Source: Nitrospirales bacterium (lineage in GTDB: Bacteria; Nitrospirota; Nitrospiria; Nitrospirales; UBA8639). Taken from it: 64,000 bases of DNA. A program made the translations under genes and the position numbers. The stretch is taken from assembly GCA_965223295.1 (NCBI GenBank), contig CBDCWC010000002.1:1216001-1280000 (forward strand), in the 5' to 3' direction. Numbering within the stretch: the stretch's first letter is position 1; the number at the start of each line of letters is the position of its first letter. Under the pieces are notes generated by a model. The model saw nothing but the letters and a program-made list of their open reading frames with translations, did no database searches and had not been told where the DNA came from. Below, in pieces: positions 60,067 to 64,000 of this stretch.

Positions 60067-60378
60067 ATGAAACCATTTGCTCAATTGTTCTTATGGTCCA
60101 GTATCGGTCTTGCCACCCTGACGATGGGGTGTGCAGAAATGAATGGAGGTTCAATGGCCGGGACAGGATCTACCGCGCCGGGTGCTTCGAGTGCCGGAAC
60201 CAGCGTCGTCACGACAGGGCCGAACCGAGTATCCCAGGGCGCACAAGGTGACACCTTAGACGCATGTATGGCTCGTATCCCAGGTGACGCATCGGCCGGC
60301 CAACGCATGATCGCCGAACGAACATGTCAACGGGATAATGAAAACCGCGCCTCCATCCTGGCGGTTCCTGGCCAATAG
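60067..60378 (+). CDS. Small hypothetical lipoprotein
   Basis: Lipobox TMGC, AGGAGG RBS, C-terminal two-Cys helical motif. Confidence 0.72.
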   Translation: MKPFAQLFLWSSIGLATLTMGCAEMNGGSMAGTGSTAPGASSAGTSVVTTGPNRVSQGAQGDTLDACMARIPGDASAGQRMIAERTCQRDNENRASILAVPGQ

Positions 60379-60397
60379 TCAGCATTTGATTTTTTTA

Positions 60398-60428
60398 GGT
60401 TCGCTGGCCTCTGCCTAGCCAGCGAACC
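60398..60428. terminator. 11-bp-stem hairpin after the lipoprotein gene
   Basis: GGTTCGCTGGC / GCCAGCGAACC; no downstream U-tract. Confidence 0.4.
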
Positions 60429-60526
60429 GTATACCTCTCTTATCGGCAACCCACATTCCTGCTTGTTGGGTGCCGTGTGTTACTATCCTTTCACATTTTG
60501 TATCATCCTTATTTCAGGAGACATTC

Positions 60527-61459
60527 TTGATCAGCAAGAAGATGACTTCATCTATCCTCATTACAGGTATTCAACTCAATGCACATTGTGGAGTCACCGA
60601 TCGTGAACAACGGCATGCCCAGCCGATCATGGTAGACCTGACATTACGATGCCCCAATCAACATGCGTTCCAAAGTGACAAACTAGAAGACACAGTTGAT
60701 TATGCAGCCGTCACGAAATCCGTGAAGGCAGTCAACGAAGGTCGTACGTTCACTCTCTTGGAAGCATTGACTGAACGGATTTGCCAACAACTCTTTCGAG
60801 ACTTTCCTGTCACACACATCAAAATTTGGGTCAGAAAAATTCGTCCGCCCATAAAAAATTTTTCAGGCTCTGTCGGGATCCGGCTACTACGGACACGACA
60901 CGATCATGCACAACTTCCATACGGAGCCCCAGCGCCCTTTCTCACGGCACAACTTTCACGATTGCCTCGAGGCAAGGTCCTAGACGTGGCTACAGGACGG
61001 GGGCGCCATGCTCATTTTCTGGCCACCCGTGGTTTCTCCGTACACGGGGTCGATCGTGACCGTGAAGCCCTCAATTTCATCGAAGCTCAGGCTCCACAAA
61101 CAGAATCCTTCGGTATTACGACCGAATGCTTAGACTTGGAGACCGATAACCAACATCCTCCAGACCTTGGGACATCGACATACGACGTCGTCTTAGTATT
61201 TTTTTACCTCTATCGACCTCTGTTTCCGAAATTGCTCAAAGCCTTAAAGCCTGGTGGTATCATTCTGTACGAAACCTTTCTTCTGGAAAATCATCTTCAG
61301 CGGCAACACCCACGTCGAAAAGAGTTTTGCCTGCAGACAAATGAATTGCTCACTCTCATTCAGGGTTGTCACATACTCCACTATGACGAAGGTGATCATA
61401 AAGAAACAGGCACCACCAAACGGACATTTACCGCACGTCTCGCGGCGCGAAAACTGTAA
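60527..61459 (+). CDS. folB: Dihydroneopterin aldolase fused to a class I SAM methyltransferase
   Basis: N-terminal AHCGV..E...Q, DKLEDTVDY, LLEAL, KI.V.K..PP; C-terminal VLDVATGRGR, FFYLYRPL, LKPGG. Start TTG 60527 or ATG 60542. Confidence 0.85.
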   Translation: MISKKMTSSILITGIQLNAHCGVTDREQRHAQPIMVDLTLRCPNQHAFQSDKLEDTVDYAAVTKSVKAVNEGRTFTLLEALTERICQQLFRDFPVTHIKIWVRKIRPPIKNFSGSVGIRLLRTRHDHAQLPYGAPAPFLTAQLSRLPRGKVLDVATGRGRHAHFLATRGFSVHGVDRDREALNFIEAQAPQTESFGITTECLDLETDNQHPPDLGTSTYDVVLVFFYLYRPLFPKLLKALKPGGIILYETFLLENHLQRQHPRRKEFCLQTNELLTLIQGCHILHYDEGDHKETGTTKRTFTARLAARKL

Positions 61460-61474
61460 CTGCCATTCACAACT

Positions 61475-62320
61475 ATGAGCCATATCGATCTTCATACCCA
61501 CACCACATTTTCAGATGGAAGTCTCTCCCCTACCGATTTAGTCGAACATGCAATCCAACAAGGCCTGCAGACCCTTGCCATCACCGATCATGATACAACC
61601 CATGGCTTATCTGAAGCCCTAACAACCATCAACGGACGTCCACTGGAATTGATTCCCGGCGTTGAATTGAGCACACAATTCAAGAATCGAGAGACTCATA
61701 TTTTAGGGTATTTCATTGATCCAAATGATCTCCAATTTCAAACCCACCTACAGGCGCTTCGCTCCACTCGCATAGACCGAATCCGTCAAATAGTTGATCG
61801 ATTGAATATTCTAGGAATCGATATCACTCTGGAGGAAGTTGAGGAGATCTCTGAAACCGGCACCATCGGCCGTCCACATATCGCACAAGTCCTCATCGCC
61901 AAAGGATACGTGGCACATATGAAAGACGCCTTTGAGCAATTCTTAGGGACCCGAGGAAAGGCCTATGTTCAACGGGCAGTCCCTGAAGCCCATGAAGTCA
62001 TCAGCTGGATTATCAACGCAGGAGGGCTGCCTGTTCTGGCTCATCCTTACTGGGAAGGACTGAATAAAGAACAGAGCATCGCCGCATGTCAAAGGTTAGT
62101 CGAACAAGGGTTACGCGGCATTGAAGTATTTTACGGCACGTTTTCGGCTCGTCATATTTCATTCAATTTGGGGTTAGCAAAACAGTTTGATTTGCTGGTC
62201 ACTGGAGGGAGTGATTTCCACGGAGACATGAAACCAGAGGTTAAACTGGGGAAAGGACGAGGCTCATTACATGTCCCGACGAAAGTTGTTGATCGGTTAC
62301 GAATAGCAGCAGGACAATAA
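61475..62320 (+). CDS. PHP-domain phosphoesterase (YciV/TrpH-like)
   Basis: IDLHTHTTFSDG, AITDHD, PGVELS, GRPHIA, LAHP, TGGSDFHG. Confidence 0.9.
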   Translation: MSHIDLHTHTTFSDGSLSPTDLVEHAIQQGLQTLAITDHDTTHGLSEALTTINGRPLELIPGVELSTQFKNRETHILGYFIDPNDLQFQTHLQALRSTRIDRIRQIVDRLNILGIDITLEEVEEISETGTIGRPHIAQVLIAKGYVAHMKDAFEQFLGTRGKAYVQRAVPEAHEVISWIINAGGLPVLAHPYWEGLNKEQSIAACQRLVEQGLRGIEVFYGTFSARHISFNLGLAKQFDLLVTGGSDFHGDMKPEVKLGKGRGSLHVPTKVVDRLRIAAGQ

Positions 62321-62370
62321 ACGGGAAGCCTGAATCGGCGCAATTATATCAATCCTGTCAAACACACTTT

Positions 62371-62561
62371 GGGTCTGTTAAAAAAATCTGCCAGCGGCAT
62401 TCTTGCCATTGTTCCGTGCTCACGTACTGCCAGTACGCTCCGCGCGCAAAAATGGCTGTGGCCTTGCTGGCCGGACTTTTTTGAACCGACCCGACGCTCT
62501 TGCTTTCTAAGAGCTTCTTGGCGAAATACGTCTTTTGCTATCTTCATGATTCAACACTCCC
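62371..62561 (+). repeat. Dispersed 191-bp structured repeat, copy 2
   Basis: 62405-62454 is identical to 24126-24175; same tail ending TTCAACACTCCC. Confidence 0.9.
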
Positions 62562-62564
62562 ACA

Positions 62565-63578
62565 CTAATTGTCGGAAGCTTCGACGATATGATTTTCAAA
62601 TCTGGTACAGCCCTCGGCCAGTAAGCGATTCGTCAGCATTTCTCCCGGCCATTCAATAGGCAAATCAGCGGTAAAGACCCATACATCCGGCGATGTCCAT
62701 ATGGGGCCATGTTCTTCGGGAAGGTCCGGATCGAATAAATCTGTCCACACGGGCATATAGACTCCATTGCCGCATTGCGTATGAAGGTGTACCACTGTGC
62801 GGCTACGGATAGGGCCTTCCAAATCATGCCAAACTGCCGCGGTTTCATCAGCCAAGCGATGGAGACGCACAGCATTTTGCGCATCGAATAAAGCATAGGC
62901 GGCATAGTTGGGCGCTTCCAACATTTGCGGCGCCATCGCGATTTCAGAACATTGCGTCACCAATCCATCCATAATGGCCTGACAATCACTTTCCTGCAAC
63001 GTATCAGCCAACGTGGTATCCGGTACGCCCAAAATTTCAAAAAACAAGAAGGCCGTCGCCTCGACCGGAGGATGAAGACGAGCAGCGATGGCTTGCCGAC
63101 GTTGTCCTTCAGCCAAGTTCGTGATGTGATCATGGACTTTCTCTAAATTCAGAAAATCCAACGTGGTATCGGTCAGGAGACGCGGCTCAACTGTAATCGC
63201 AACCCCTTTTGGCATATGAAGATGTCTTCGCAAGAGATCTGCGGTCTCAATAGGATCAATTTTCAATTTCAAGGGAAAGTCCAAATTTGCTTGAAGAGGG
63301 AGTTCCAAGGAGGCGAGGATGGCAAACGTTTCCGCTTCTTCGTGTTCCGTGTCCATCACACCGCAACTGGCAGCTTCAGCCAACAGATCAAACAACCATT
63401 CCGCCATGTTCTCATCTAAGGCCGCAAGAACCGTCAGCACCTCATGTTCACGGTCCTGATCTAACAAGGCTTGCAGCACTTCGATCGCCAAACTGGGATC
63501 ACCATGTTCATGACGACGCGCATTGATAAGATGAATAAGATCACGTGTGAGAGGATCAGGACGATACCAACTAGACAT
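62565..63578 (-). CDS. Hypothetical acidic protein
   Basis: 337-aa ATG ORF rich in D/E/L/H; no recognised motif. Confidence 0.7.
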   Translation of the reverse strand: MSSWYRPDPLTRDLIHLINARRHEHGDPSLAIEVLQALLDQDREHEVLTVLAALDENMAEWLFDLLAEAASCGVMDTEHEEAETFAILASLELPLQANLDFPLKLKIDPIETADLLRRHLHMPKGVAITVEPRLLTDTTLDFLNLEKVHDHITNLAEGQRRQAIAARLHPPVEATAFLFFEILGVPDTTLADTLQESDCQAIMDGLVTQCSEIAMAPQMLEAPNYAAYALFDAQNAVRLHRLADETAAVWHDLEGPIRSRTVVHLHTQCGNGVYMPVWTDLFDPDLPEEHGPIWTSPDVWVFTADLPIEWPGEMLTNRLLAEGCTRFENHIVEASDN

Positions 63579-63683
63579 GAAAAGAGATGTCCTTTATTGA
63601 CGAGGATACGGAACGAAACGTGTGGACATATGCTGTTGAGGCTAGCAGCATTTTCCCATTACCAGAACCTCTTTGCCAACTTT

Positions 63684-64000
63684 TCATTCTCCTATAACTT
63701 TGACTAACACCCGCTTGCGGCGACGCCCATCAAATTCTCCATAAAAAATTTGCTCCCATGTACCAAAATCCAAGGCTCCGTTCGTAATCGCCACAACCAC
63801 TTCCCGCCCCATAATCTGCCGTTTGATATGCGCGTCGCCGTTATCCTCACCAGTCAGATTATGTTGATACTCATCCGCATGGGGAGCAAGCCGTTCAAGG
63901 AACCGTTCATAATCCTGCAACAGGCCTGATTCATCATCATTGATATACACACTGGCTGTAATATGCATGGCATTAACCAGCACCAGCCCCTCTTGGATGC
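63684..64000 (-). CDS. yjbQ: YjbQ/UPF0047 family protein (5' part outside window)
   Basis: [36 protein letters not shown]. Confidence 0.9.
   Translation of the reverse strand, partial: IQEGLVLVNAMHITASVYINDDESGLLQDYERFLERLAPHADEYQHNLTGEDNGDAHIKRQIMGREVVVAITNGALDFGTWEQIFYGEFDGRRRKRVLVKVIGE

Noticed and set aside
24092..62561. CRISPR array or prophage att pair from the repeated 50-mer
   Set aside because: There is no repeat-spacer periodicity, no cas or integrase gene, and the intervening DNA is housekeeping.

Overview
A core chromosomal region with no prophage, intact transposase, CRISPR array, tRNA or rRNA that I could recognise. Gene content and order suggest a Nitrospirota-like bacterium (inference only). 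From left to right: (1) a minus-strand flagellar basal-body/export cluster (fliJ partial, fliI-H-G-F-E, flgC-B) with a sigma54 regulatory cascade upstream (FleQ/FlrA-like activator, TPR protein, sensor-less kinase, FleR/FlrC-like activator); (2) accD-folC-lptD plus a coupled 39-aa-repeat protein; (3) moaC-D-E-A divergent from a DsrE-family gene; (4) a coupled zincin peptidase and non-canonical ATP-grasp ligase; (5) HNH and Rieske genes; (6) a cobamide uptake/salvage region (btuFCD, btuB, two adenosyltransferases, cobU-T-S, CWC protein, cbiB, cobD, cobQ) with two cobalamin riboswitches, a DUF5069-like pseudogene and a B12-type radical SAM gene; (7) envelope/stress genes; (8) glyQ-glyS-ppdK-ribD; (9) a FolB-methyltransferase fusion, a PHP gene and partial yjbQ. 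The most unusual items are a family of long fold-back intergenic elements sharing one apical motif, the ligase/peptidase pair, a MoaD ending Gly-Gly-Ala, a PPDK with a 4-Cys insertion and histone-like tail, and the FolB fusion. All family calls come from motif recognition by eye; no database searches were run.
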